The position numbers were made by a program, and so were the translations under genes. A DNA stretch of 64,000 nt, taken from contig CAVULX010000003.1 of the NCBI GenBank assembly GCA_963742415.1, forward strand, positions 384,001 to 448,000, given 5' to 3'. The DNA comes from an uncultured Parachlamydiaceae bacterium (GTDB taxonomy: Bacteria; Chlamydiota; Chlamydiia; Chlamydiales; Parachlamydiaceae). Under the pieces are notes generated by a model. It was not told where the DNA came from, searched no databases, and was given only the letters and a program-made list of their open reading frames with translations. Of the stretch, positions 9,273-18,397 are shown piece after piece. Every line of letters begins with the position of its first letter. Within the stretch, counting starts at the first letter, position 1.

Positions 9273-10111
9273 TTTTTTGCCAATACAGGTGAGGGATCCA
9301 CAAAAGAGACGTTGGGCATCCAAGGGGCTTGTCCATTATTCCAGAGGTTGGTTAAGTGGTCTCGATCCCTTTGGGTATCCATGCAAGCCCAAAAACCTCG
9401 ATGCTTATACATATTCAGCTGCCCATCTTCAGCCAATTTGACGAGCGGCATCCTTTCTAGGACACACGCTGGGTCCTTAGATACATATTTTTTAAAAAAG
9501 GTGCGTTGGAAAAAGAAAAAGCCCCCATTGATCCAATTTTCAATGAATTCTGGCTTTTCGGCAAATTCGGTCACTTCATCTCCGGAAAGACGTATTTCCC
9601 CAAAGCGGGAAGGGGGGTTGACTCCCAAAACTGTCCCGACTTTTCCGTGGGAAAGGTGAAATTCAAACTCTTGCTGTAAATTTGCATTGGTTAATCCATC
9701 TCCATAGGTGACAGCAGCATGTTCCGCATTACCCAAATACTTTTCTGCAGCCATCGCAATCCGTCCCCCTGTCATCGTATCCTCTCCTGTGTAGACCACG
9801 GTGACCTCCCAATCTTCTTCATGGTCAATCGAATGAACAGTCAAATTGTTTGTTTTTAGATCGACAGTAAAATCGCTATTCATGGAAGCATAATTTAAGA
9901 AATAGGATTTGATGATTTCAGATTTAAAGCCGGTGCATAGGATGAATTTGCGAAACCCGTAACGGCGGTAAAGATGCATGACGTGCCATAGGATAGGGTG
10001 GTTGCCTATCGGAACCATGGGCTTTGGACGATATTCTGTTTCTTCTTTAAGACGAGTCCCAAGTCCTCCGCATAGAATAAACACAGGAATTTCGTGTATG
10101 CGCTGCATCAT
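9269..10111 (-). CDS. rfbF: Glucose-1-phosphate cytidylyltransferase
   Basis: LCGGLGTRLKEETEYRPKPMV, TMTGGRI, TYGDG, INGGFF, FWACMDT. Confidence 0.95.
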   Translation of the reverse strand: MMQRIHEIPVFILCGGLGTRLKEETEYRPKPMVPIGNHPILWHVMHLYRRYGFRKFILCTGFKSEIIKSYFLNYASMNSDFTVDLKTNNLTVHSIDHEEDWEVTVVYTGEDTMTGGRIAMAAEKYLGNAEHAAVTYGDGLTNANLQQEFEFHLSHGKVGTVLGVNPPSRFGEIRLSGDEVTEFAEKPEFIENWINGGFFFFQRTFFKKYVSKDPACVLERMPLVKLAEDGQLNMYKHRGFWACMDTQRDRDHLTNLWNNGQAPWMPNVSFVDPSPVLAKK

Positions 10112-10198
10112 CTTCGCCTCCGCCGTTTTTTTAACACCTTTAGGGAATCGATTTTAATGCTCGAATAGGATCCTGGCAACTGAAAAAAACTTTAGCGT

Positions 10199-11704
10199 TT
10201 ATAACTCGATGAATTTAAATCCTTCGGGAAAAAAAAACATGATATCGGAAGAGGTCATGCAATAGGATGTTAGTTCTAGAGCGGCATGTTCTCCGGCTAA
10301 GCCATGGATATAAACACTGGCTAAAGCAGCATGATGGGGAGAGAGCCCTTGAGCTAAAAGACCTGCAGCTAAACCAGTTAGAACGTCCCCACTCCCAGCC
10401 GTGGCCATCCCGGGATCCCCTTTGGGATTTATATGGATGATTTCATCGGGATGAAATATGAAGGTTGGCCCTCCTTTAAGGATCAAGGTAATTCGTCGAT
10501 CTTCGGCATAACGTTGGCAAGTTTGTAGTAACTGCTTATCAATGGCAACTTCCCCTTCGATTTTTAATAACCGCTTTAATTCCCCAAGGTGGGGAGTGAA
10601 AATCGTTTGTTGGGGTAGGGGAAAATTTTCTTCCGCTAGGAAAAACAGAGCGTCGGCATCTAAGACGCAAGGTTTTTGCAAACCGGGCAAAATTTTGTGC
10701 AATAATTGTTTAACTTCAGTCGTTCGTCCAAGCCCGGGACCGATGAATGTCGCTGAAGCTTTATTCATCGTCTCGATGATAAGATCGGTGTCTTGGGATG
10801 AATAGGCCATTTTTATGAGCTCATAGGGGCTATGAGCTAATTCAGCCTGCATCCCTTGAGGGTGCAGCAGCCTCATCATCCCTGCGCCACTACGCAAAGC
10901 TGCTGAAGAAGAGAGCAGCGCAGCGCCTGGCATTCCCGGGGAACCCGCTAAACCCACAACATAGCCAGCTTGGTATTTATGCCGGTTGCGCACAAGGCGG
11001 GGAAAAAAAGATTTTACGATATCGCTCGTCAACATGATGAAATCAGCTTCCGATTCCTCAATGTACGAATAAGGTAAACCAAAATCGACAAAGCGGAGCC
11101 TTCCGACGTGATTCCACCCTTGATTTAAGAAAAAGCCCGTTTTTGGGAGCGTTAAAAAGGCTGTTTCAGCCGCCAAAATAGCTTGCCCTTCCACCACTCC
11201 GGTTTCCCCATTTAGTCCAGAAGGGATATCGACGGAGATGATAGGCAGATTGGATTCATTGGCTAACCGAATGGCTGCCGCATATAATTCTTCGGCTTTG
11301 CCGTGAAAACCTGTGCCGAAAATTCCATCTAATATAATCCCGTGGACAGGAAAAATGATATCTTCGGGAGAATTGAGCTCATGGACATGCCCCCCTTCAT
11401 TGAGGAAGCGGAAATAATTATCACGGCATAGAGGAGTGCATTCATCGATGGGAGCAAGTTGGAAAGCGTAAACTTCATATTCCAAATGGAGCAGGTGCAC
11501 ACCTGCTACATAAGCGTCGCCGGCATTATTTCCTTTGCCGCAGAGTAAAACGACATGCCTGTCAATTTGATTTCTTTCGGCAAATTCCTGGACAACGAGG
11601 GCCACCCCGCTCCCGGCTTCCTCCATGAAATCGATTTCGGAAGCTCCGTCCCTGTAAGCTTGCGATTCGAGATGGACCATTTGTTTTGGCAAGACAACTT
11701 TCAT
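10199..11704 (-). CDS. nnr: Bifunctional NAD(P)H-hydrate epimerase/dehydratase (YjeF/Nnr)
   Basis: CGKGNNAGD, DIPSG, GPGLG, LDADAL, TPHLGE, MATAGSGDVLTG. Confidence 0.95.
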   Translation of the reverse strand: MKVVLPKQMVHLESQAYRDGASEIDFMEEAGSGVALVVQEFAERNQIDRHVVLLCGKGNNAGDAYVAGVHLLHLEYEVYAFQLAPIDECTPLCRDNYFRFLNEGGHVHELNSPEDIIFPVHGIILDGIFGTGFHGKAEELYAAAIRLANESNLPIISVDIPSGLNGETGVVEGQAILAAETAFLTLPKTGFFLNQGWNHVGRLRFVDFGLPYSYIEESEADFIMLTSDIVKSFFPRLVRNRHKYQAGYVVGLAGSPGMPGAALLSSSAALRSGAGMMRLLHPQGMQAELAHSPYELIKMAYSSQDTDLIIETMNKASATFIGPGLGRTTEVKQLLHKILPGLQKPCVLDADALFFLAEENFPLPQQTIFTPHLGELKRLLKIEGEVAIDKQLLQTCQRYAEDRRITLILKGGPTFIFHPDEIIHINPKGDPGMATAGSGDVLTGLAAGLLAQGLSPHHAALASVYIHGLAGEHAALELTSYCMTSSDIMFFFPEGFKFIEL

Positions 11705-11711
11705 AGGGATC

Positions 11712-12716
11712 CTATTGACATTCGTCCTTGATTGGGCGCCGCATTAGCATCATGACAGCATCTGTTGGCTTTAATCCTTCGTAGATAATTTTGTAAACCA
11801 TTTCAGTAATCGGCATAGGAACATTGCATTGTTTGCATAATTGGAGAGCTGACATGCATGTATAAGCCCCTTCAACAACTGTTTGAATTTCATCTTGAGC
11901 CGCATTGGGGGAAAGTCCTTTAGCTAATAATTCCCCAAAACGGAAATTGCGGCTGATGTTGCAGCTGCAGGTCATGCATAGGTCCCCCATCCCTGAAAGG
12001 CCGTTGAGAGTTTCGGCTTTGCAGCCCCGCGCCATTGCCAATTTACGGATCTCATGCAATCCTCGCGTCATCAAAGCGGCTTTGGCACTCCAACCTAGAG
12101 CCAGCCCCTCTGAAATTCCGCAGGCAATCGCAATAATATTTTTTAGAGCCCCACCATAGGCCACACCTTGGATATCTGAATTGGGATAGACCCGAAAAGT
12201 TTGGGTAGTGAAACATTCGCAAATCAACTGGGCGACATCTTTACGATATCCCGCACCAACAACAGATGTAGGCAGGTTCCGGATCACTTCTTCCGCGTAG
12301 CCAGGGCCGCTGAGGACCCCTACTTTTGACTTGATTTTTTCCCCTAACACTTCGACCACCACATCGGGGAGCGTCAAACCGGTATTTTGTTCGATCCCTT
12401 TCGATGTGACAACAATGGGGCATGAGGGGGTCATGATATTTTTAACTTGCTCAAAGACAGGGCGAATCCCTGCGGAAGTCACAGATTCAACGATAAGCTC
12501 TGCTCCCTCGAGCACCTTCTCCAAATCCGTTGTGATGGTTAACTTTAGATTGTCCGGTAAAGGGACAGAAGGCAAAAAAGGGTGTTTATGTGTTTTATTC
12601 AGGGTTTCTGCAAGAGCTGGTTTTGTGGTCCATAAGGTGACTTGATGCCCTTTCGAAGCTAGAATAGTCGCTAAGCAATACCCCCAGCATCCTGCTCCTA
12701 AATAGCTTATTTTCAT
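11712..12716 (-). CDS. gpsA: NAD(P)H-dependent glycerol-3-phosphate dehydrogenase
   Basis: GAGCWG, SKGIE, LSGP, GGALKNIIAIACG, GLSGMGDL, SRN, VEG. Start placed at ATG 12716. Confidence 0.95.
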   Translation of the reverse strand: MKISYLGAGCWGYCLATILASKGHQVTLWTTKPALAETLNKTHKHPFLPSVPLPDNLKLTITTDLEKVLEGAELIVESVTSAGIRPVFEQVKNIMTPSCPIVVTSKGIEQNTGLTLPDVVVEVLGEKIKSKVGVLSGPGYAEEVIRNLPTSVVGAGYRKDVAQLICECFTTQTFRVYPNSDIQGVAYGGALKNIIAIACGISEGLALGWSAKAALMTRGLHEIRKLAMARGCKAETLNGLSGMGDLCMTCSCNISRNFRFGELLAKGLSPNAAQDEIQTVVEGAYTCMSALQLCKQCNVPMPITEMVYKIIYEGLKPTDAVMMLMRRPIKDECQ

Positions 12717-12807
12717 GGGTTTAGACTCCAAGCCTAACAATTCGAGTTTTGATTCGGATTATAGCAGAAAAACATTTGGAATCCTAGGAACAAAAAAATA
12801 GGGTGAT

Positions 12808-13848
12808 TTATGATCTATTTTTTAACTGCGCAGCTATTTCCTTTGCGGCATAGGTAAAAACAAAGTCGGCTCCTGCCCGCTTAATGGAAAGCAAGCATTC
12901 TTCCATTGCTTGCAAACCATCAATCCACCCATTTTGGGCCGCAGCTTTAATCATGGCATATTCCCCGCTGACCTGATAAGCTCCTATTGGAATATGGGTG
13001 AGATCCCGTGCTTTTGCAATGATGTCAAGATAGGGCAAAGCAGGTTTAATCAAAAGCATGTCTGCTCCTTCGATATCATCTAAACAGCACTCAAGCAAAG
13101 CTTCACGTGTGTTCGCAGGGTTCACTTGGTAGGTTTTTTTATCGCCGAATTTAGGCGCAGAATTTAACGCATTGCGGAAAGGGCCATAGAACGCTGTAAC
13201 AAACTTGACCGCATAGGAAAGGATGCTCACGCTGGAAAATCCTGCATGGTCTAGGGTATGCCGAAGATAGGCGACCCGCCCATCCATCATATCGCTAGGG
13301 GCAATGACATCTGCGCCAGCTTCAGCAGTAATCAAAGCCATTTTGCTTAATGCCTCTAGGGAAGCATCATTTAAAATTGCACCCTCATCGCTTACAATCC
13401 CATCGTGTCCATGGCTTGTGTAGGGATCAAGTGCAATGTCTACCATCACACACATTTCGGGTAGATGTTTCTTTAAGAGACGAACACTTTGAGAAATGAG
13501 ATTGTCGGGGTTAAGAGCTTCGGAGCCCCACCGATCTTTTTTTTCTGAAGGGACGTAAGCGAATAAGTCGATGGCTCTAATGCCAAGAGCATAAAGTTCT
13601 TCAGTTTCTTTGAGGAGCTGATCCAAAGAAATACGGTAAATGTCCGGCATGCTGGCAATGGGCTGTTTCTGATTTGACCCCTCGACGACAAAGATGGGTG
13701 CAACAAATTGGCTAGGGTGAAGGCGCGTTTCTTGTAGGAGCTCCCTGATAGCAGAACTCTTTCTGTTACGGCGAGGCCGCCGGGTCAAATCGATAGCAGA
13801 AAGGGCTAATTGATTAGTAAAAGAAGAAATAGAAAATGTTTGTGTCAT
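12808..13848 (-). CDS. hemB: Porphobilinogen synthase (ALA dehydratase)
   Basis: RPRRNR, DIALDPYTSHGHDG, APSDMMDGR, FYGPFR, IKPALPYLD, YQVSGEYAMI. Confidence 0.97.
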   Translation of the reverse strand: MTQTFSISSFTNQLALSAIDLTRRPRRNRKSSAIRELLQETRLHPSQFVAPIFVVEGSNQKQPIASMPDIYRISLDQLLKETEELYALGIRAIDLFAYVPSEKKDRWGSEALNPDNLISQSVRLLKKHLPEMCVMVDIALDPYTSHGHDGIVSDEGAILNDASLEALSKMALITAEAGADVIAPSDMMDGRVAYLRHTLDHAGFSSVSILSYAVKFVTAFYGPFRNALNSAPKFGDKKTYQVNPANTREALLECCLDDIEGADMLLIKPALPYLDIIAKARDLTHIPIGAYQVSGEYAMIKAAAQNGWIDGLQAMEECLLSIKRAGADFVFTYAAKEIAAQLKNRS

Positions 13849-13868
13849 GGGGTCTCCTGGGGAATTTT

Positions 13869-15224
13869 TTAAGGTTCGATATAGCCTTTAGGCAACATAG
13901 TTGATCCTCTCCATTTACGCATTAACTGGAGGGAAGGATAATAAAATTGTTGTGCCAATTCAAAGGGGTTTTCAGCAGACTCTTTCCCTGTGATCTCTTT
14001 CCAGATTTCCCTATCTCTCTGCTGCAAAGCCTCAGCCACCGTCACAGGGCTATCCACTCCTTTTGCGTTTTTAAGCGGGGAAAAGCAAGCTTCTCTAGGG
14101 TAAGCCAAAGCTTTGACTTTTCGAGCAAAGGGCAATATGTCAAAGATGAATTTCTCCCCTTTCCATGCCATTAGCGGACTTGAGTCGGATTTATTTCCAT
14201 TAACAGATTTATAGGCTAAATGAAAAGGCATTTCCCCATATTTTTCAGCCAACGCTTTGATGCTCTCCATGCTAAAGCAAAACAAACTCAAATTAGCGCA
14301 TAGGTGTCTTAAACTTCCATCGGGTACGGCAGCATAACGTTCTTTTTCGGGCATTTCGGAGTATTCAACAACCTTGGCCCGATGTTGATCCTGGACAACA
14401 ACCCCTACCTTTTCTTCTTTATCGCGCCGCATGCAACACTTGATCGTGATTTCATTATTTTGTCGAGCGTGAAAACCCAGTAGATTGGCATCGAAAGGAT
14501 CTGCGAGAGGATTATCAACTAACACGTAATTGACCAATTTGATGCCGGCGTCTTGCCAGGCTTTCCAAATCCCATCCTGGACAAAGTAATGTAGTGAAGA
14601 GCCATTCCCATCCGGTCCCTCAGCCAGAGAGCCTTGAGGATCCAAGAATAAGTTACCCTGCTCATTGAAGAGAGGAGACATTTTTTGCGAGAAAAAATAA
14701 AGTTGCTTTTCTGAAAGGCCAAAATTGCGATTTGAGAAAAAATAATTTTTTGTTTCTTCATCATTTAGAGGAGAAGTCATAATCGCTAAAGGGAGGGGGC
14801 GCCCGGCCAGTTCGCTTGCTGCCAAGGTTTTCTCAGCAAAAAGCTGAAACAAGGTTTTGCGCCTTATGGCTGTGACCGGAAACATCCCTTTAGGTCCTGC
14901 AAAATTTAGTCGAGTCCCTTGTCCCCCGGCTAACAACAGGGATCCACATTTTCCTTCACTTATCAATTGACGTCCCAAAGAGATATCTTGCGAGCTGCCT
15001 GCATTCTCATAGGCCTTGAAGGGTTCAAAGGAACCTGCATAAGGAAGATCTTTTTTTAAAAAAGCCGTTTTCAACACTCTGAAAATGTCTAGGTCAAGTT
15101 GATCAATTTGTTTTAGCAGACGATTTTGTTGATCAGCGGTAAGCTGCGGCCAAAAGTCGAGAAGACTTTGTTGACCTATTGTCGAAAGCTTATCTTTGGC
15201 AAGAGAGTAATTGAAATATGTCAT
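13869..15224 (-). CDS. Eukaryote-type UDP-N-acetylglucosamine pyrophosphorylase (UAP/UDPGP family)
   Basis: LLAGGQGTRL, PKG, PDGNG, VDNPL, VVEYSE, EKFIFD, FSPLKN. Confidence 0.9.
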   Translation of the reverse strand: MTYFNYSLAKDKLSTIGQQSLLDFWPQLTADQQNRLLKQIDQLDLDIFRVLKTAFLKKDLPYAGSFEPFKAYENAGSSQDISLGRQLISEGKCGSLLLAGGQGTRLNFAGPKGMFPVTAIRRKTLFQLFAEKTLAASELAGRPLPLAIMTSPLNDEETKNYFFSNRNFGLSEKQLYFFSQKMSPLFNEQGNLFLDPQGSLAEGPDGNGSSLHYFVQDGIWKAWQDAGIKLVNYVLVDNPLADPFDANLLGFHARQNNEITIKCCMRRDKEEKVGVVVQDQHRAKVVEYSEMPEKERYAAVPDGSLRHLCANLSLFCFSMESIKALAEKYGEMPFHLAYKSVNGNKSDSSPLMAWKGEKFIFDILPFARKVKALAYPREACFSPLKNAKGVDSPVTVAEALQQRDREIWKEITGKESAENPFELAQQFYYPSLQLMRKWRGSTMLPKGYIEP

Positions 15225-15229
15225 TAGGT

Positions 15230-15685
15230 CTATTCAAATTGCCGTTTAGTTTTAGGGTATCGCATGGTGGCCAACTCATCCAAGGCGTTCTTTTCTACGT
15301 TAAGGTTAAGAGTTTCCCATTCACCATATTTTTTGTCTCGCAAGTTTTCTATAATTTTCCGTTTTTGCATTGCCTTCATGACCTCTCTCCTTCTTAACTC
15401 TAAAATCGCTTGCGCTTCCCGAACGATAATTCGCTGGTGATCGATTTTCTTTTTAAGCACCTCTAAGTAATCGTAATTCATCGTCAAGGATTGGGGATGG
15501 ACATTGTTTTTTTGCAAAACACGAATGTGATCTGTAACTCGATCAAAGTCGCGATGAAATTTTTCTAATATCATGGACATTTTTTGCAATATTAAATGGG
15601 CCTCAAGCAGGTTTCTGTGAGCGATTTCTTCCTTCAAATGCCTAACTTTAAGCAAGGAGGCGAGATTAAAATTAAATTTTTTCAT
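15230..15685 (-). CDS. fliJ: Flagellar export protein FliJ-like
   Basis: MKKFNFNLASLLKVRHLKEE N-terminus; RKIIENLRDKK...EKNALDELA C-terminus; overlaps the fliI stop. Confidence 0.8.
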   Translation of the reverse strand: MKKFNFNLASLLKVRHLKEEIAHRNLLEAHLILQKMSMILEKFHRDFDRVTDHIRVLQKNNVHPQSLTMNYDYLEVLKKKIDHQRIIVREAQAILELRRREVMKAMQKRKIIENLRDKKYGEWETLNLNVEKNALDELATMRYPKTKRQFE

Positions 15686-16994
15686 TCTTTACGATTTCTT
15701 TTAAAAGCTTTTGCGTCATCTCAAAAGCAAACGACTCATTTGTTCCTTGCGACAAAAAGGATCTAATTCGGCCAATTAACATCACAGCTTCGTCAATTTT
15801 AGCATTTGATCCAGCCACATAGGCGCCAATGTTGATCAAGTCTTCAGCATCTTTATACACCTGCAAAATATCCCTTAAACGACCGGCCATATAATATTGC
15901 TCGGGTGTCGTAATAGCCAGCATCAGCCTAGAAAGGCTCTGTAAGACGTCTATGGCAGGATATTGGTTGGCTGAAGCTAATTTCCTGGAAAGAACAATGT
16001 GTCCATCTAGTATCGCCCTTACGGTATCTGCAACAGGATCATTCATGTCATCCCCTTCAACGAGGATTGTATAGATCCCCGTAATGACCCCGTGGGCAGA
16101 ATTTCCAGCCCGCTCTAAAAGTTTTGGCAAGGTTGCGAATACGGAAGGCGTATATCCCCGCGTGGCGGGAGGTTCCCCAATGGCTAAACCTATTTCTCGT
16201 AACGCCATAGCATAACGGGTGATGGAATCCATCATGAAGACGACATTTTTTCCTTGATCTCGAAAAAATTCGGCAATAGCTGTTGCAGTGTAAGCCCCTT
16301 TCGTTCTTAGCAGCGCCGCTTGATCAGAGGTTGCGACTACAACCACTGAACGGGATAAACCTTCCGGTCCCAATTCCCGTTCGATAAATTCACGCACTTC
16401 CCTTCCACGTTCTCCGATTAAAGCGATCACGTTTATATCTGCAGTGGACATTTTGGCTATCATCCCCAAGAGGGTTGATTTTCCCAAGCCGGCGCCGGAG
16501 AAAATCCCTAATCTTTGCCCTCTTCCTATGGTGCAAGTGGAATCGATCGCTTTGATTCCGGTCGATAAAACTTCGGAAATTAATTTACGCTTGAGAGGGT
16601 GGGGAGGGGGAGCCATGATAGGATAGTATTTTTCTGCTTTGATCGGCCCTTTGTCATCGATGGGATTTCCCACAGCATCCAGAATTCTTCCACACATTCT
16701 TTCCGATACAGCCACCAAAGGGACTTTTTTTGTCGGATAGACTTCGGAGCCCGGCGCTATATGGGTCATTTCTCCTAAAGACATTAATAAGGATTTATTA
16801 TCTTTGAAGCCAACCACTTCACAAGGGATAGCTTCTCCCTGCCTATTGAAAATGTAGCACAACTCACCCAGGTGGACTGCAGGGCCGGCCGATTCGATAA
16901 GAAGACCGATGATTTGTGTGACAACGCCACTTGTGGATAATCCCGACCATTTTTGGACCGCTTCGATTTCATTTTTTAGTGAGAAAGTAGACAT
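15672..16994 (-). CDS. fliI: Flagellar-type export ATPase
   Basis: Walker A GAGLGKS, ALIGERGREVREF, MDSITRYAMALREIG, GEPPATRGY, DGHIVLSR; context between fliH and fliJ. Start placed at ATG 16994. Confidence 0.92.
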   Translation of the reverse strand: MSTFSLKNEIEAVQKWSGLSTSGVVTQIIGLLIESAGPAVHLGELCYIFNRQGEAIPCEVVGFKDNKSLLMSLGEMTHIAPGSEVYPTKKVPLVAVSERMCGRILDAVGNPIDDKGPIKAEKYYPIMAPPPHPLKRKLISEVLSTGIKAIDSTCTIGRGQRLGIFSGAGLGKSTLLGMIAKMSTADINVIALIGERGREVREFIERELGPEGLSRSVVVVATSDQAALLRTKGAYTATAIAEFFRDQGKNVVFMMDSITRYAMALREIGLAIGEPPATRGYTPSVFATLPKLLERAGNSAHGVITGIYTILVEGDDMNDPVADTVRAILDGHIVLSRKLASANQYPAIDVLQSLSRLMLAITTPEQYYMAGRLRDILQVYKDAEDLINIGAYVAGSNAKIDEAVMLIGRIRSFLSQGTNESFAFEMTQKLLKEIVKNEKI

Positions 16995-17324
16995 AAAAAT
17001 TTTAAGAGATAAACCCATCACTCAGGCTTATGTAGAAATATTTATATTCTCTTTTACTGTCAACCAAATGTTCAAACTAGGAGGGAGTTTACAAAGTCCT
17101 AAGTTCTTCATTATTAACATTCTTATTTTTTTCAGTTTTTTTAATATTTTAAAAAAAATCAAATCTTTTTTGTAAAGAAAAATCTATAATTTTTAACTAA
17201 AAATGGTTTAAAAATGGGCTTTTTGATTTCAGTTTAAATAAAATATTATTATGTTATAATTATATATAGATTGTAGAGGATATATCGATTTTAAAAGCGT
17301 AAGCTTTTTGGAAGGAGAAAAATT

Positions 17325-17633
17325 ATGAGTTCCAATGTAAATAATACATCATCAAGCACAAGTGATCCACTTGATGATCTCGCAATTTTTTACACAAGTA
17401 ATGCAAATAACAAACAACAACAAGATTCGATGGATCCTACAGATCCTACCAGTATCATGTATGATCCCACTTTGGATCCTTGCAGTCCAAAATTTGGTGC
17501 CGTTAGCGCTGCAATTAATGGCCCGCAAGCTGTTAATGCTGTGAATAACAACACGGTAAATCCTATAGCCGTTGATGATGATAACGATAGGGCTGGCCGG
17601 AGAAATTTACGCCGCGTGGTCGATAGGATCTAA
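17325..17633 (+). CDS. Small N/S/D-rich hypothetical protein on the opposite strand between fliH and fliI
   Basis: RBS aaggag; extended -10-like tgttataat upstream; 102 aa of low complexity. Confidence 0.65.
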   Translation: MSSNVNNTSSSTSDPLDDLAIFYTSNANNKQQQDSMDPTDPTSIMYDPTLDPCSPKFGAVSAAINGPQAVNAVNNNTVNPIAVDDDNDRAGRRNLRRVVDRI

Positions 17634-17695
17634 AATAACTTCCACGTGTTGTTGTCCGTATCCATTCCCAAATTATAAGTAGGTGTTTTTTTTGT

Positions 17696-18397
17696 TTATG
17701 ATGATAAAGTTAAAATTTCCAAATCAGATAAAAGACGATTAAGGTCAAAATTGACCAGTCCTAATGTTGTTTCTAAGCGACAACTGCCCCTTTCCATCCA
17801 GGGTGTTGAGATAAAGTTGACATCTTTTAAATCTTCCCGTTTATAGCCGAGCGCAGAAAGGTGGTTTTGCACCATTTGCAGGTCTTCCTGCGATAAAACA
17901 ATATCGATAGGGACATCTTTTAAGAAGGACTTTGCTTGGGTCAATAATTTTTCTAATAAACTGTAAAAGATCTCTGGATTGGTTAAGTGAGCACGAAGTA
18001 TTTTTTCGCAAACTGCCAAAGAAAATTTGATCAGTTCGGGCTTCACCAGCTCAAACATTTCTTCTTTTCTCATTTGAAAAGTTGAAGCGGTGACATTAAG
18101 GAGTTCGGCAGCTGACTTTAATTCGTCCCTAACATTAGCCACACCTTCTTTATATCCAATCTCTAAGCCTTCGCTCTTGCCTGCTTCGTACCCTTGCTCA
18201 TGCCCCTCTTTCAAGCCTTGAGAATGCCCTTTTTTTTCGGCCATTTTTAAGAGTTTTTGAAGTGTTTTTACAGAAGGGGGTTCTGAAGTCTGTTCTGCCT
18301 CTCCGTTCTCTTCTTTTACCCCTGAATCTTGTCCGTAAAAGACAGCCCCTTCAATCTTAGCCCCGTGGATCACTTTTTTAGATTTTGAGACGTTCAT
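17696..18397 (-). CDS. fliH: Flagellar export ATPase regulator FliH
   Basis: GxxxG repeat run KGHSQGLKEGHEQGYEAGKSEGLEIGYKEG; C-terminal RGSCRLETTLGLVNF; ATGA overlap with fliF. Confidence 0.88.
   Translation of the reverse strand: MNVSKSKKVIHGAKIEGAVFYGQDSGVKEENGEAEQTSEPPSVKTLQKLLKMAEKKGHSQGLKEGHEQGYEAGKSEGLEIGYKEGVANVRDELKSAAELLNVTASTFQMRKEEMFELVKPELIKFSLAVCEKILRAHLTNPEIFYSLLEKLLTQAKSFLKDVPIDIVLSQEDLQMVQNHLSALGYKREDLKDVNFISTPWMERGSCRLETTLGLVNFDLNRLLSDLEILTLSS

Noticed and set aside
15672-16994. Calling the ATPase sctN of the injectisome
   Set aside because: Flanked by FliF, FliH and FliJ homologs; chlamydial sctN normally lies in a different cluster.
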